Positions 1 to 11,399 are shown, counted from the stretch's first letter. The stretch: DNA of 64,000 nt from Nitrospirota bacterium (GCA_963701855.1 CAVPBK010000011.1:160001-224000); one strand, 5' to 3'. Numbers and translations: made by a program. The notes: generated by a model not told the origin, from the letters alone.

Positions 1-330
1 ACACTCTTCTGCAGTCAAGGGGAAGAGTTGTTCGCACTGCCGACAGGGACGAATTTCAAAATAGCTGGTTCCCTTGTCGTCAATATCGGTGGGTAAGAGC
101 AATTCGAACGGGTCATACCCGATTGCGCCGCCGTCGGAGAATTTGACGATGGCGAGGCGGTCATTAAAGACCTCGAAGGTTCCTTCTTGCCCTTTTCGGG
201 CCAAGACATGCCCGAGGACGAACACCGGCTGCCCCTTGCGCTTGGTACGGAGGTCTCGTAAGGTGTGCTGCGTGTCTGTGGTGCAGGAAAACTGCCCACT
301 GGAGCTAGTTCCGAAGATTGGCGTCGGCAT
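1..330 (-). CDS. Hypothetical protein with CxxC motif, 3' end outside window
   Basis: Manual translation from ATG at 330: MPTPIFGTSSSGQFSC...YFEIRPCRQCEQLFPLTAEEC, open to window edge; absent from ORF track because it has no stop. Confidence 0.7.
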   Translation of the reverse strand, partial: MPTPIFGTSSSGQFSCTTDTQHTLRDLRTKRKGQPVFVLGHVLARKGQEGTFEVFNDRLAIVKFSDGGAIGYDPFELLLPTDIDDKGTSYFEIRPCRQCEQLFPLTAEEC

Positions 331-428
331 AATGGACCTTCACATAGATGAGATGAGATGAGATCCGTGTATCACACGGATAAAAATGGCGTCAAGGCCG
401 GCGAGACGCTGAGATTAGGAGTTTGAAC

Positions 429-779
429 ATGGCAGAGGTAACGATTTACCAGAAACCGACCTGCAGCACATGCCGTCAGGCGGTACAGTTGTTACAAGAG
501 AGCGGCACACCCTTTAAGGCCGTCAACTACTATGAGAAGCCCTTCACAAAGGCGCAGCTCAAGAATCTTTTGAAGAAAGCGGGACTTTCGCCGAAGGATA
601 TCCTAAGAACCAAAGAAGACATCTACAAGGAGCTCGGTTTAGCAAAAAAGACTCTGTCGGATGACGAATGGCTCGATGTGCTCGTGACCCATCCAGATCT
701 CATTCAGCGTCCGATTGTCGAAAAGGGCGAGAAGGTGATTTTGGCTAGACCGGCGGAGTCTGTGAAAGAACTTCTCTAG
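429..779 (+). CDS. ArsC/Spx-family (glutaredoxin-type arsenate reductase-like) protein
   Basis: IYQKPTCSTCR N-terminal motif, HPDLIQRPIV C-terminal motif; AGGAG upstream of ATG 429. Confidence 0.9.
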   Translation: MAEVTIYQKPTCSTCRQAVQLLQESGTPFKAVNYYEKPFTKAQLKNLLKKAGLSPKDILRTKEDIYKELGLAKKTLSDDEWLDVLVTHPDLIQRPIVEKGEKVILARPAESVKELL

Positions 780-784
780 CAGGC

Positions 785-2089
785 CTATGTTTCGTATTCT
801 CCGCTCGCGACAATTCTCCCTGATTCAGATTGAGACCGTCGTGCAGGGACAACCGCCTCCAATCCTCGCTTTACGACGTTCCCTCCTATTCCCTTGGCAT
901 CATAGAGGCCGCGATAGGCCGACTTGATCACCAGAGTCAGGGTCGCGCTGTCGGTCAGTTTTTCCCCCACACCGATACTCAGGGTGATCGGGAGTGCTCG
1001 GTCGCGTGATCCGGCTTCTTTGGTTCCTCGCTGTTCCCATACATGATTTGGCACTCGAAGGAACAGACTTATGGCTTCGACCGATTTCCTGACGATATCC
1101 AGCGTACCCATAGTGTCTGTGGCTGATTTACCAGGAAACAGCACGGTGAATTCTTCTCCGGTTGTACGAAAAATCTGCCCTTCAGAACACGCGGCCTGAA
1201 TTCTTGGTGCCGCCAGTTTCAAAATCTGCTCACTGACAGATTTCCCATGAATATTAGCGTACTGAGTCAACTGATCGATGCCGATGATTGCAATAGAAAA
1301 TCGTTTCCCGAGTTGCCCTATCGCTTCGTCATAGGCCAGACGGCCTGGAATACCTGTGAGTTCGTCGCGGTAGGTCTGCTGATAAAAAGATTGGAGCAAT
1401 GTGACGAAAAGGATCAGCTCTGCAGCCATGAAAAAATTTGTTGGTTGCCATCCGTAGCGACTCGTATGATAGGCCACGAAAACGGCACACAACGCCCAGA
1501 TTGCCCCTCCCTCTAGTGGGTTACGATGCAGAGTGAATCGTAGGACATGCAACAGACCTGCTATCGCAAATGCCACCAACGCTGGCTGTGGAACCGGCGT
1601 CCATTCCATGTACCGCGAGGGTATGTACTCCCGGGTGAATGAGGAGGCCAGGACTTGCTGGTCCGGAAGGCAGAGCCAGAGCAGCAGAAAGGGTTGGACC
1701 AACACGAGCACTACACGCGTTACGCCGCGGAGTGTCGAAAGGGAATCTTCTTTGAGTATGGAAAATGCCAAGAGGTTGAGAGGGACGAGAAAAGCGGTGA
1801 TGGCGACAATTGTCTGACTTGCGGCTTCCTGATCGCCCCCGTTGGTGGGAAGTAAAACCAGTGCTCGATCGGCGAGTGCCAGCACGAGCAGGGAGAGAAT
1901 CATGCGGCTGCTGGAAAAGTACCAGCCAAAGAAGAGCCCAAACGCAAGAACGATATACGGTAAGGCTGCAATCGGCTGTTGCAGCCACATTGGATGTCCC
2001 AGGGGGCGGAGAAATCCAATCGCAATGAGAAAAATCAGCCCTCCGGGGAAAAGAATAGTGAGAAAAGATTTCCAGAGCAGACCCATCAT
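785..2089 (-). CDS. Multi-TM membrane protein with degenerate GGDEF domain
   Basis: Many hydrophobic helices then RDELTGIP, IIGIDQL, FRTTGEEF, ITLSIG, LYDAKGIGGN; start chosen at MMGLLWKS. Confidence 0.85.
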   Translation of the reverse strand: MMGLLWKSFLTILFPGGLIFLIAIGFLRPLGHPMWLQQPIAALPYIVLAFGLFFGWYFSSSRMILSLLVLALADRALVLLPTNGGDQEAASQTIVAITAFLVPLNLLAFSILKEDSLSTLRGVTRVVLVLVQPFLLLWLCLPDQQVLASSFTREYIPSRYMEWTPVPQPALVAFAIAGLLHVLRFTLHRNPLEGGAIWALCAVFVAYHTSRYGWQPTNFFMAAELILFVTLLQSFYQQTYRDELTGIPGRLAYDEAIGQLGKRFSIAIIGIDQLTQYANIHGKSVSEQILKLAAPRIQAACSEGQIFRTTGEEFTVLFPGKSATDTMGTLDIVRKSVEAISLFLRVPNHVWEQRGTKEAGSRDRALPITLSIGVGEKLTDSATLTLVIKSAYRGLYDAKGIGGNVVKRGLEAVVPARRSQSESGRIVASGEYET

Positions 2090-2330
2090 AATTGCCCGCA
2101 CCCGTATAGAGTTGTCTAGCCTGGTGCCAGATCCATACCAGCCAGCCCAACCTAGGAAGCAGGCAATGGGCAGTAAAGAAGCCACTCCCCCTCTTAACTC
2201 ATAGTTTTTCTGGGAAAATCAGGCGTCCGACGGTTCCCCTATTAGGGAGCCATCAGAGTGCAGGCTAAGTCAGGGCCGTTTTTGAACAGTCTGATGAGGT
2301 TAGCAGGCAGGGCTAGTGAGAGATGACGCG

Positions 2331-3545
2331 TCAGTTTTCAGTTTTCGAGGGACGTCCCGAGGTCATTTGGAGGGCGCCAGAAGTCCGGTCGACGCCGATG
2401 GTGATTTCTCCATCTAATACTTGTAAGAGCAGATCACCGGCCAATTGTCGTCGCCAGCCATGAAGAATGGGCACATTGAGAGCTGTCCGATTCTTCTTCG
2501 CTTCCACAAGTGTTTGTAGATCTGCACTGGTGGCAAGCATTGTGGGGGCAATCCCTTCTTCTGCAGCACGGGTCTTCAGCACAGCTTGCAGGAGTTCGAC
2601 GATGCCGGTCGACTCAGGGTCTGGTTTCCGTTCGGAAGGGACTTCCGGCCATGCCGACGGCGGAAGCGCCAATGCCGAGGTGATGGTGGACAATAGTTGT
2701 CCACCGTGTCGATCAACCTCGGAGGAATGGACGCCACGGAGACCACGGAGATCGTTGATCGATTTGGGTGGATGGCGCGCGAGTTGAATAAGCACCTCGT
2801 CTCGCAGAACGCGTCCGCGCGGCACATTCCGGCGGCGAGCTTCCGCTTCTCGCCAGGCAGCCAATTCACGAAGCACCGCAGCTCCTTTGGGCTTCAGCGT
2901 GTCCCATCCACGAATTCGTTGGTAGCGTTCCTGCGGCTCTCGGCTTTTTTCTCCCACCGCCGTTTCGAGTCGTGCAAATTCCTCATTGACCCACTCTGAC
3001 CGGCCGAGCGTGTTCAGGCGATCCTGTAAATGCGTATGGATCGACAGGAGAAATTCGACATCTTCCAATGCGTACGCGATTTGGTCATCCGAAAGCGGTC
3101 GTGCACTCCAGTTGGTAAAGGTATGGGCTTTCGCCAGCTTCGTGCCGTGGAGTCGCTGAACTAAGTTCGCGTATGCGACTTGGGCGCCATACCCGACCAT
3201 GGCGGCAGCGATCTGGGTATCGAAAAACGGTTTCGGGATCTGTCCTGCATGTATGGCAAACAGATCCAGATCTTGCCGCCCGGCATGGACGATTTTTTCA
3301 ATCTTGCCATCACAGATGAGTTCCCAGAAGACATCGAGCGATCCGCCGGCCTGCACAGCAGGAAAATCGATAACGGCTGCGGTGGTGGCGGTGGCGACTT
3401 GGATCAATTCGAGCCGTGGAATAAAGGTGTCTTCTCCGACGAATTCTGTATCCAACGCCAGCCGTGGACTCTGTCGCAACGTGCGACAGAGGGATTCAAG
3501 CGCAGGCTGGTCGGTCACATACGGCAGAGGCGGATTGGGTGTCAT
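2331..3545 (-). CDS. rnd: Ribonuclease D
   Basis: ALDTEF, HAGRQDL, FDTQIAA, NWSARPLS, YALEDV exonuclease motifs, HRDC region, C-terminal GWRR. Confidence 0.93.
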   Translation of the reverse strand: MTPNPPLPYVTDQPALESLCRTLRQSPRLALDTEFVGEDTFIPRLELIQVATATTAAVIDFPAVQAGGSLDVFWELICDGKIEKIVHAGRQDLDLFAIHAGQIPKPFFDTQIAAAMVGYGAQVAYANLVQRLHGTKLAKAHTFTNWSARPLSDDQIAYALEDVEFLLSIHTHLQDRLNTLGRSEWVNEEFARLETAVGEKSREPQERYQRIRGWDTLKPKGAAVLRELAAWREAEARRRNVPRGRVLRDEVLIQLARHPPKSINDLRGLRGVHSSEVDRHGGQLLSTITSALALPPSAWPEVPSERKPDPESTGIVELLQAVLKTRAAEEGIAPTMLATSADLQTLVEAKKNRTALNVPILHGWRRQLAGDLLLQVLDGEITIGVDRTSGALQMTSGRPSKTEN

Positions 3546-3552
3546 CTATATC

Positions 3553-4185
3553 TCATTCTGTTGGACGGTAGGTGGCGTCCGGTGATCGCGGAGGCTCAAC
3601 ATTGCTGAGGCTCAAGTACTCCTTCAGATACTGATAGGCCTCTAACATGCGGCGCAGTTCCGGTTCGGCGCTGCGATCACCGTTATTCGAATCAGGATGG
3701 AGTTGCTTGGCTTTGTGACGAAATGAGGCTGTGACATCGGCGAGCGAACTTCCGAACTCTACGCCCATCGCGGCATAGGCGTCCATCGCATTGTTGATAC
3801 CGCTCGACCCTTGCGACAGATCGCCGCCTCCCCCGCCGGCGGCTTTCAACATATCGGCCAGGCTGATCTTCTTGCGCCGGCGCCGGGGGCGCTCTCGAAT
3901 TTCGCTGTCGAAATCATCCCATCGATCTTCGACAAACTCAAGACGGGATTCCAAGCGCATGGCGCCGGAGAGATCACGGATCTCTGCTATCTCCTCTTCA
4001 ATTTGAGCCAGCGACTTGATGACCTCCTCCAACCCCTGTTCAACCCGAAAGAAGCTGTCGACCCGCTCCTGCATCATCGTATCGACGGCGATCTCCAGAC
4101 TCTCTTCCGCTTTCGGACGCAACGAGTCGATGCGCCGTCTCATCCCGTTCTGAAACTTAATGAATTTGCTTTGTGAAAACGGCAT
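3553..4185 (-). CDS. Coiled-coil protein with C-terminal DnaJ (J) domain
   Basis: AKQLHPDSN (HPD motif) and EAYQYL in C-terminal third. Confidence 0.85.
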   Translation of the reverse strand: MPFSQSKFIKFQNGMRRRIDSLRPKAEESLEIAVDTMMQERVDSFFRVEQGLEEVIKSLAQIEEEIAEIRDLSGAMRLESRLEFVEDRWDDFDSEIRERPRRRRKKISLADMLKAAGGGGGDLSQGSSGINNAMDAYAAMGVEFGSSLADVTASFRHKAKQLHPDSNNGDRSAEPELRRMLEAYQYLKEYLSLSNVEPPRSPDATYRPTE

Positions 4186-4202
4186 ATCAACCAGGCTCTC
4201 TC

Positions 4203-4393
4203 CCAGCAGGCTGCGGAAAAACCAGGAAAATATTTACGCAGGATGCTCAAAAAGGCTGTTCAGCAAGGCCGCAGCTTCTGAGATAGGCTGAGGTTAAGGT
4301 CAAGGTTTAGCGAAAATCAGACTCTCTTTTTCTCAACCTTAGCCTGAACCTCAACCTTCTTTGTGCTGGCGGACTTTTTCAGCATCCTGCTAG
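4203..4393. mobile_element. MITE-like element, family A
   Basis: Ends cagcaggctgcggaaaaa / ctttttcagcatcctgctag, inner IR caggatgctcaaaaag; ~150-bp core is the near-identical reverse complement of copies at 55.9 kb and 59.6 kb. Confidence 0.75.
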
Positions 4394-4467
4394 GGCGCGC
4401 ATTGTAGCACAGCTCGGTCGCGTGCCAGAAGGGCAATGGAAACAGCTGGATCATGTGGGTTGAATGG

Positions 4468-5910
4468 TCAGCGTGACGCGAAATCGTCGCTGAGTTTAGT
4501 GCGGCGTCGGGCCACACCCGTTTCACGTGCGGCTGCCGCCACAGCTTTTGCCACGCGCGGGACGACTTCCTTGTCGAACACGCTCGGAACAATGTAGTCC
4601 TCGCTGAGAGCCCCAGGGGGAATGGTCTCAGCCAGGGCCTTGGCCGCAGCCAATTTCATGGCTTCGTTGATATCGCGCGCCTGTACATCCAGCGCACCCC
4701 GAAAGATGCCGGGGAAAGCGAGCGCGTTGTTGATCTGATTCGGATAATCTGAACGTCCGGTCGCAAAAATCCGGCAGTGGGAAGCGGCTAATTCACGAGG
4801 GACTTCAGGGTCGGGATTGGCCATGGCAAAAACGATGCGATCAGCCGCCATCAGATCCAAATCTTCCGCCGTGAGGATATTGCCGACGGATAATCCGATA
4901 AAGACATCAGCCCCCTTGAGCGCGTCTTGGAGCGTCCCTTGTGGACGGTCTGGGGTCATGCAGGAGGTGAGATCCGTCCGGCAGGCCCGCAACTGCTGAC
5001 CATCTCCTCGTAAAACGATACCGTGCGGTTCGCATCCGATCAGGTGAGAGAGGCCGGCGGCGAGCAGCATCCTGCAGCAGGCAGTTCCAGCTGCGCCGAG
5101 ACCATTGACGACCACGCGGATCTCCTCTATCCGTTTCCCTGTGACGGTGAGCGCATTCGTCAAGGCAGCGAGGATGACCACCGCTGTGCCATGCTGATCA
5201 TCATGCATGACCGGAATATCCAGGGTGCTTTTTAAGCGGCGTTCGATTTCGAAACAGCGCGGCGAACTGATGTCTTCCAAATTGACGGCGCCGAATCCCG
5301 GAGCAATGGCCTGAACTGTGCGAACAATTTCGTCAGGATCTTGCGTGTCGAGGCAGATCGGCCATGCGTCGATTCCCGCAAATTCTTTGAACAGCATGGC
5401 TTTGCCTTCCATCACGGGTAATGCGGCTTCCGGGCCAAGATTGCCGAGGCCCAGCACCGCAGATCCGTCGGTGACCACGGCAACCGTGTTGCCCTTTCCG
5501 GTAAAGGCATAGGCTTTGGTTTTGTCCTTCGCGATTGCTTGCGAAACCCGGCCGACTCCTGGCGTATAGACCATCGACAACACGTTTCTAGTGGTAATGG
5601 GTAACTTGCCTTGGACGCGAATCTTTCCGCCGAGATGCAGAAGAAAAATCCGGTCGGAGGCCGAGAGTACTTTCACGTCCGGCAGCGCCCTGATCCGAGC
5701 AAGCACCTGTTCTCCATGCGCTTCGCTCCGGACGTCGAAGGTCACGTCTGGCACCATATAGTTGGCCGTTGCAGAGACGATATCTACCGCGCCCAAGTTG
5801 GCGCCTTCCTCGGCCAGGACGGCTGCCACCTTTGCGAACATGCCCGGTGTGTTGGCAAGTTCGAGGCGAACGGTCAAGCGGTAATTGGAGTAGGGTTCAA
5901 TGTCAGTCAT
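4468..5910 (-). CDS. NAD(P)-dependent malic enzyme with N-terminal ACT domain
   Basis: [63 protein letters not shown]. Confidence 0.93.
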   Translation of the reverse strand: MTDIEPYSNYRLTVRLELANTPGMFAKVAAVLAEEGANLGAVDIVSATANYMVPDVTFDVRSEAHGEQVLARIRALPDVKVLSASDRIFLLHLGGKIRVQGKLPITTRNVLSMVYTPGVGRVSQAIAKDKTKAYAFTGKGNTVAVVTDGSAVLGLGNLGPEAALPVMEGKAMLFKEFAGIDAWPICLDTQDPDEIVRTVQAIAPGFGAVNLEDISSPRCFEIERRLKSTLDIPVMHDDQHGTAVVILAALTNALTVTGKRIEEIRVVVNGLGAAGTACCRMLLAAGLSHLIGCEPHGIVLRGDGQQLRACRTDLTSCMTPDRPQGTLQDALKGADVFIGLSVGNILTAEDLDLMAADRIVFAMANPDPEVPRELAASHCRIFATGRSDYPNQINNALAFPGIFRGALDVQARDINEAMKLAAAKALAETIPPGALSEDYIVPSVFDKEVVPRVAKAVAAAARETGVARRRTKLSDDFASR

Positions 5911-6173
5911 GGTCGGCCCTTCATTTCATTCAAGATTACCATAAACCTGGTCACGGACCAGAGCTGATTGAGTATTAGGTATGGGTAAGTTTGAATTCAG
6001 CTATGCCCTCGCATGTAAATTTTATGATGGATTTTCCGGGTCACGAACTTCATTGAAAGGTGATCACTATTGACCACTTTCTGTTTGGCGAAAATGCTAC
6101 GGTGCTAGGTCGAATCGACTCCCTGCCGTGCATGACAATTCTATTCAGGCAGAAGAGAACGAAAAATGAACGT

Positions 6174-6203
6174 TTGACAGCAGGACGCTATTTTCAGTAG
6201 CGT
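6174..6203 (+). promoter_or_regulatory. Putative sigma70 promoter of small repeat-peptide gene
   Basis: TTGACA-N18-TAGCGT about 75 nt upstream of ATG 6279. Confidence 0.45.
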
Positions 6204-6278
6204 ACTTCCCGTCAGTGCTGCGTGAATGGGCAACCGCCAACTTAACAATCACAGTATAAGTAAAGGGGGTGACACATT

Positions 6279-6509
6279 ATGAAGAGCATCTTGATGGCAA
6301 TCATGGCAGTGGCAGTGGCAGTGACCTTCAGCGCTCCTGCTTTCGCCGGCGAAGAGGGCAAGGATAAGAAGGACGAGAAGAAGGGCGGCCACGTCCTCGT
6401 GTACGGTGACGACAAGAAGGACGAGAAGAAGGACGAGAAGAAGGGTGGCTACGTCGGTACGTTCGGCGATGAGAAGAAGGGCGAGAAGAAGGACGAGAAG
6501 GGCAAGTAA
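6279..6509 (+). CDS. Small secreted Lys/Asp/Glu-rich repeat protein
   Basis: Sec signal peptide ending APAFA, three charged repeats, RBS AAGGGGGTG, strong terminator downstream. Confidence 0.8.
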   Translation: MKSILMAIMAVAVAVTFSAPAFAGEEGKDKKDEKKGGHVLVYGDDKKDEKKDEKKGGYVGTFGDEKKGEKKDEKGK

Positions 6510-6562
6510 GCGCGACGGAAGTCGTTTGTCTGATCAGGCAAGCCTAACTTGAATGATTCTGT

Positions 6563-6600
6563 AGAGGTCTGCGATCTCACGATCGCAGACCTCTTTCCTT
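6563..6600 (+). terminator. Rho-independent terminator
   Basis: Perfect 14-bp stem agaggtctgcgatc / gatcgcagacctct, 4-nt loop, T-rich tail. Confidence 0.8.
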
Positions 6601-6644
6601 ATCCGCTCATTGACCCCTCTCCGGCCTCGATGCTACCGTGAGCC

Positions 6645-9600
6645 ATGCGCACACCACCAGACTCAGCAAAATCCAATCGCCTCATCCACGAAACCAGTCC
6701 CTATCTCCTCCAACATGCCGCAAACCCAGTCGACTGGTACCCTTGGGGACCGGAAGCTTTGCAAGCGGCAAAAACGCAGAACCGCCCCATCCTGCTTTCG
6801 ATCGGCTATTCCGCCTGTCACTGGTGTCATGTGATGGAGCGAGAGTCGTTCGAAAACGAGACCATTGCGGCTATCATGAACCGGCATTTTGTCTGTATCA
6901 AAGTCGATCGGGAAGAGCGCCCCGATCTTGACGAGATCTATATGCAGGCCACGGTCACCCTCAATCAAGGCCAGGGTGGATGGCCGATGACGGTCTTTCT
7001 GACGCCGGACCAGGAGCCGTTCTTTGCCGGTACCTATTTCCCTCCTGATGATCGATGGGGCCGTCCTGGGTTCCCCAGTCTACTCACGAAAATCGCAGAT
7101 GCGTGGGAACAGGATGCCGCCGGTCTCACGAGCCAAGCGCGTCAATTGACTGAACGGTTGAAGAACGAACTCAAAACGGTGTCCCCCGTTTCAGTGAGTG
7201 CCTCCGTGCTTGATGAGGCTGTGACCCAGTTTCGCGAAAATTTTGATGAACGCCACGGTGGATTCGGCACTGCGCCGAAATTTCCCCCCTCCGCAGGGCT
7301 TTCATTGCTTCTCCGTTGTTACCGTCGAACAGGAGAGAACCGAACCTTGCAGATGGTCACCCGCACGCTCGATGCCATGGCGGCCGGGGGGATCTATGAT
7401 CATATCGGCGGCGGGTTTGCGCGGTACTCCACCGATGAGCGATGGCTGGTTCCCCATTTCGAAAAGATGCTCTACGACAATGCCCTCTTGGCCCGGACCT
7501 ACCTGGAAGCCTATCAGGTGACCAAGCAGACCTCCTATCGCCAGGTCACGACGGAAGTGATTGACTATATTCTCCGGGAGATGACCGATCCTGCAGGAGG
7601 ATTTTATTCTGCGACGGATGCGGACTCGGAAGGGGTCGAAGGAAAGTTTTTCGTCTGGACGCCGGCGGAGGTCCAGGCCGTACTCCAGAATGCCGAAGAT
7701 ACCCGCCGGTTCTGTGCCTGCTACGATATTTCCGACCCGGGAAATTGGGAGCATCGGAGTATCCCCAATCGACTGCGTCCCATCGAGGCCGTGATCAAGG
7801 AATTGAACCTCACCATCGATGAGCTCAGCGAAACGGTTCAACGCGTGCGCCTCCTCCTCTATCGAGCCCGCCAAGAGCGAGTTCCGCCAGGGCTCGACGA
7901 CAAAATCATCACGGCCTGGAACGGCATGATGATCTCGACGATGGCCGAGTCAGGTCGTGTATTAGGAGTCAGCCGCTACATCGACGGGGCCATCAAAGCG
8001 GCAGATTTTCTCTTGCTGGTGCACAGAACTGCCAATGGAACATTGCTCCGTACCTCACGGCAGGGCCGAGCCCATCTCGACGGGGTATTGGAGGATTATG
8101 CCTATCTGGCAGAAGGATTGATCGACCTCTATGAAGCCTGTGGACAGGAACGATATCTCACAACCGCGCTTCAATTGGGAGAGCGGATGATGGATTCGTT
8201 CCAGGACAAGGATCAGGGAGGATTCTATACGACTGCGACGGCACACGAAACGCTGATTATGCGAGCGCGTGAAGGGGCGGATGGCGCGACACCTAGTGGG
8301 AACGCCGTGGCAGTCTCAGCCCTGGCCAGGCTCTCCTTCCATTACGATCGCCAGGATCTGCGCGAGGCGGCGATCGGCGGGATTCGCGCCTATGGCCGCC
8401 AGATAGCCAGGTATCCGAGAGCCTTTGCCAAGAGTCTTACCGTGGTGGATCTCCTGGCGGAAGGGCCGATTGAATTGGCTTTCGTCGGTGCGCCCAACGA
8501 CCCAGGGTTGGAGGCCCTGAAGCTCGCGGTGCGCGAGGTGTTCCTCCCGCATCGTGTGATTGCCTCCGGAGATGGAACAGGTACGCCATCCGGTCATCCT
8601 TTGCTGGCCGGCAGGGGGTTGGTTGAGGGGAAGGCGGCACTCTATATCTGTCGAGACTTTTCCTGTCAGCGCCCCATCACTGATCCCCAGGAAGTCACCG
8701 AGGCATTGCAGTCGGCGTCTCAACGAACGAATCAGCCGACTCAACAGACACTCTTGCAAGGATCGGCGCTCCCTGGGTCGGCCAGCCCCGAAGGGACAGC
8801 CAGGTATGCCGCGCGTATTATGAGTCAGTCATCCCATGACAGCCACATGGAACGTGGGTATGGCCGATTCGGCAACAGGGGGCTGACAACGTCCCGATTG
8901 GGGTTCGGTACCTATCGGGTCGATACGAGGGAGCCGGAGCATCGAGACGCATTCAAGAAGGCTTTGCGAGAAGGTGTGAATCTCATCGACACGTCCACGA
9001 ATTACATGGACGGCGACAGTGAACGTCTGGTCGGCTCTGTGTTACGCGAGTTGATCAAGGACGGTGATCTGGCTCGTGAAGAGGTCATCGTCGTCTCGAA
9101 GATCGGCTATGTGCAAGGGGAGAACTTGAAACAGGCGGAGGCACGGGAGCAGGCCGGGCGCCCCTATCCCGACATGGTCAAGTACGGTGAGGGCATCTGG
9201 CATTGTATTCACCCGGAGTACCTGGCTGATCAACTCTCACTGTCACTGGATCGACTTGGATTGGCCACACTCGATGTCTGTTTGCTGCACAATCCAGAAT
9301 ACTTTCTGTCTGAGGCCGCGCATCATTCAGATGGAAATCTTGAGGTGGCGCGAGACGCTTTTTATCGCCGAATTGAACAGGCATTTACCTTTTTCGAATC
9401 GCAAGTGTCGGCAGGACGAATTCGTTACTATGGCGTGTCGTCGAATACGGTCACGGCAGCTCCCTCGGATGCCGAGGCGACCTCGCTCTCTCGGATGTGC
9501 GATGCAGCTCGAATCGCCGCTGCGTCACAAGGCATGGAGCAGCACCACTTTGCGGTGCTGCAATGCCCCATGAATCTGTATGAGACAGGTGCGCTGGTGA

Positions 9601-10325
9601 TGCCCAATACCGGCGCGGATCAGCACGAGACGGTGTTGGAGGTAGCGCAACGAGAAGGGATTGCCGTACTGGTCAATCGTCCGCTCAATGCCATGCCGAC
9701 GAAAAAGAGCGGCGTGGTTCGATTGGCAGATTTTCCGCTCGAAGGCGATCCGGTGGACTTCGATCGACAGTGTCAAATAGTCGCGGCACTTGAGGAAGAG
9801 TATCGCAAGGCCATCGCTCCGGCCCTTCAACATAGTGGTCAAGGGATGGCTCCGGCTGACTTCTTCACCTGGGCCGTTGAGTTGACGCGCGTGAGGCCTC
9901 AGATCCAAGGCCTGGAGCATTGGGAACAGATCGAGCATCAGATGATCGCGCCGCATGTCAATCAAGTGATGCAGGCGCTGACACGGCATTTGACTGGAAA
10001 GGCCGCCGAGCAGTGGGAGTCCTGGCGCGATCGCTATGTGCCGCAGTTACTCACCCTCTTAGGCGGGCTCCGTAGAGAGGCCACTGAACGGAGTCGTGCC
10101 AAAACCGCCGCGGTATCGGCAATTCTCGACCCCCTGTTACCCGAAGCAAGGCGCAGAGAATCGCTGTCACGAAAGGCATTATGGGTGCTGGCGAGCACCC
10201 CGGGGGTGACATGTGTGTTGAATGGCATGCGTTCTCCGGCCTATGCCGACGATTCGCTTGCCGTCATGGGGTGGGAACCGCTGACGGGAGTCAGACAGAT
10301 CTTCAAAGGCATGGCACAGGCCTGA
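6645..10325 (+). CDS. YyaL/DUF255 thioredoxin-(alpha/alpha) barrel protein fused to aldo/keto reductase
   Basis: [40 protein letters not shown]; then GFGTYR, IDTSTNY, VSKIG, LLHNPE. Confidence 0.9.
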   Translation: MRTPPDSAKSNRLIHETSPYLLQHAANPVDWYPWGPEALQAAKTQNRPILLSIGYSACHWCHVMERESFENETIAAIMNRHFVCIKVDREERPDLDEIYMQATVTLNQGQGGWPMTVFLTPDQEPFFAGTYFPPDDRWGRPGFPSLLTKIADAWEQDAAGLTSQARQLTERLKNELKTVSPVSVSASVLDEAVTQFRENFDERHGGFGTAPKFPPSAGLSLLLRCYRRTGENRTLQMVTRTLDAMAAGGIYDHIGGGFARYSTDERWLVPHFEKMLYDNALLARTYLEAYQVTKQTSYRQVTTEVIDYILREMTDPAGGFYSATDADSEGVEGKFFVWTPAEVQAVLQNAEDTRRFCACYDISDPGNWEHRSIPNRLRPIEAVIKELNLTIDELSETVQRVRLLLYRARQERVPPGLDDKIITAWNGMMISTMAESGRVLGVSRYIDGAIKAADFLLLVHRTANGTLLRTSRQGRAHLDGVLEDYAYLAEGLIDLYEACGQERYLTTALQLGERMMDSFQDKDQGGFYTTATAHETLIMRAREGADGATPSGNAVAVSALARLSFHYDRQDLREAAIGGIRAYGRQIARYPRAFAKSLTVVDLLAEGPIELAFVGAPNDPGLEALKLAVREVFLPHRVIASGDGTGTPSGHPLLAGRGLVEGKAALYICRDFSCQRPITDPQEVTEALQSASQRTNQPTQQTLLQGSALPGSASPEGTARYAARIMSQSSHDSHMERGYGRFGNRGLTTSRLGFGTYRVDTREPEHRDAFKKALREGVNLIDTSTNYMDGDSERLVGSVLRELIKDGDLAREEVIVVSKIGYVQGENLKQAEAREQAGRPYPDMVKYGEGIWHCIHPEYLADQLSLSLDRLGLATLDVCLLHNPEYFLSEAAHHSDGNLEVARDAFYRRIEQAFTFFESQVSAGRIRYYGVSSNTVTAAPSDAEATSLSRMCDAARIAAASQGMEQHHFAVLQCPMNLYETGALVMPNTGADQHETVLEVAQREGIAVLVNRPLNAMPTKKSGVVRLADFPLEGDPVDFDRQCQIVAALEEEYRKAIAPALQHSGQGMAPADFFTWAVELTRVRPQIQGLEHWEQIEHQMIAPHVNQVMQALTRHLTGKAAEQWESWRDRYVPQLLTLLGGLRREATERSRAKTAAVSAILDPLLPEARRRESLSRKALWVLASTPGVTCVLNGMRSPAYADDSLAVMGWEPLTGVRQIFKGMAQA

Positions 10326-10705
10326 GGAAGGTTGAGGTTGGAGGTTGGAGGTTGGAAGGCAGTCATTGAAAGCTGATGGCTGAGAGCGAATGGTGGGGTT
10401 GGAGGCGGGAAGGTTGGAGGTTGGAGGTATGAGGCCAGATTATAGAAATCAGGAGCCGCTCCCCTCCCCATTCGCTGTGAGCTTTCAGCGATCAGCTTCC
10501 AGCCTCAGCCTTCTCCACCCTCCAACTTCCACCCTTCCCAGAAGGTTCAGGTCAAGGTTAAGGTCAAGCTCGGAAATGACGAGTCGGCCTTCCCCAACAT
10601 CTCTTCAGCCCCCTCAACCTCGGCCTCAGCCTCTCGTCAGGCCTCAAACCTCCACCCTCTACCCTCCAACCTTCCTACCTCTAACCTTCCCGCCTGCAAC
10701 CCCAC
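10326..10705. repeat. Degenerate hexa/heptamer repeat block forming nested inverted repeats
   Basis: (aggttgg)n-like purine-rich arm then (cctccaa)n-like arm; tggggttggaggcgggaaggttggagg pairs with cctctaaccttcccgcctgcaacccca. Confidence 0.8.
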
Positions 10706-10709
10706 ATGC

Positions 10710-11123
10710 TCAGGTTACACGGAGGTACTGGGTCCAATCGAGGGTTTGCAATCGGAGAATCGGCTTCATCGCCTCGAAGTCGGAATCGCAGTGAATCAAG
10801 GTAACCTGGTGCTTCATCGCGATCGTGGCGATTAGACAATCCGCTGCCGAAGGAGACACCCCCTGTCTTCTGAGACGTCCCGCTAAGTCCCATGCGCTGT
10901 CCCACCACTCCAGGTTGAACGGGAGCCGGGACACCGGCGTAAACCACTGGAGGAGACTGGAGGGCTGCTCGGACTTGACTAGCCCCGTCATCAGTTCAAG
11001 AAGAATCCACTCCGTGATAGACGTCTGTCCATTGATGATCAAGGGCTTGAGTCTGGCTTGGATCTCGGCATTTCCAGACGGACGAAGTGCATGGATCCAG
11101 ACGGAGGTGTCAACGAGATACAT
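10710..11123 (-). CDS. vapC: VapC PIN-domain toxin
   Basis: YLVDTSVW, LLEL, AADCLIA, HCDSDF acidic PIN residues; overlaps upstream antitoxin gene. Confidence 0.92.
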   Translation of the reverse strand: MYLVDTSVWIHALRPSGNAEIQARLKPLIINGQTSITEWILLELMTGLVKSEQPSSLLQWFTPVSRLPFNLEWWDSAWDLAGRLRRQGVSPSAADCLIATIAMKHQVTLIHCDSDFEAMKPILRLQTLDWTQYLRVT

Positions 11124-11331
11124 GGGAGCGCCGTTTGTGCCGCTGGGAGCGGAGCTGGCCAGGCGTCAGATCGAGAGGAATTGTGCCCAGCGCATTAGCC
11201 AATTTTTCTAACTGGCTACGCTGAATGACGGTGCGCAGGCTCGCCTCCACTGTGCCTTTAATCGTGTCTGTACCCAGCGTCTTCTGCGCTTGGCGCAAGA
11301 GTTGCTGATCGATCTCAATCGTGGTCTTCAT
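11110..11331 (-). CDS. vapB: VapB-family antitoxin
   Basis: 73 aa MKTTIEIDQQLLRQAQKTLG...TIKGTVEASLR ribbon-helix-helix-like; directly upstream of vapC. Confidence 0.88.
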   Translation of the reverse strand: MKTTIEIDQQLLRQAQKTLGTDTIKGTVEASLRTVIQRSQLEKLANALGTIPLDLTPGQLRSQRHKRRSHVSR

Positions 11332-11353
11332 GGTGTCGTCCCCTGATCTCAGG

Positions 11354-11399
11354 CAATTGATACCCATACGATAACCTGTATCTATATGGGTGTCAATTG
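11354..11399 (-). promoter_or_regulatory. vapBC promoter within palindromic operator
   Basis: Inverted repeat caattgatacccata...tatgggtgtcaattg; on minus strand TTGACA-N17-TATCGT lies inside it. Confidence 0.75.

Noticed and set aside
2215..2316. Degenerate family A repeat trace (ggccgtttttgaacagtctg)
   Set aside because: Match too short to define an element
4317..4592. ORF ending KKVEVQAKVEKKRV (similar text at 22915-23130)
   Set aside because: Read-through into the MITE-like repeat
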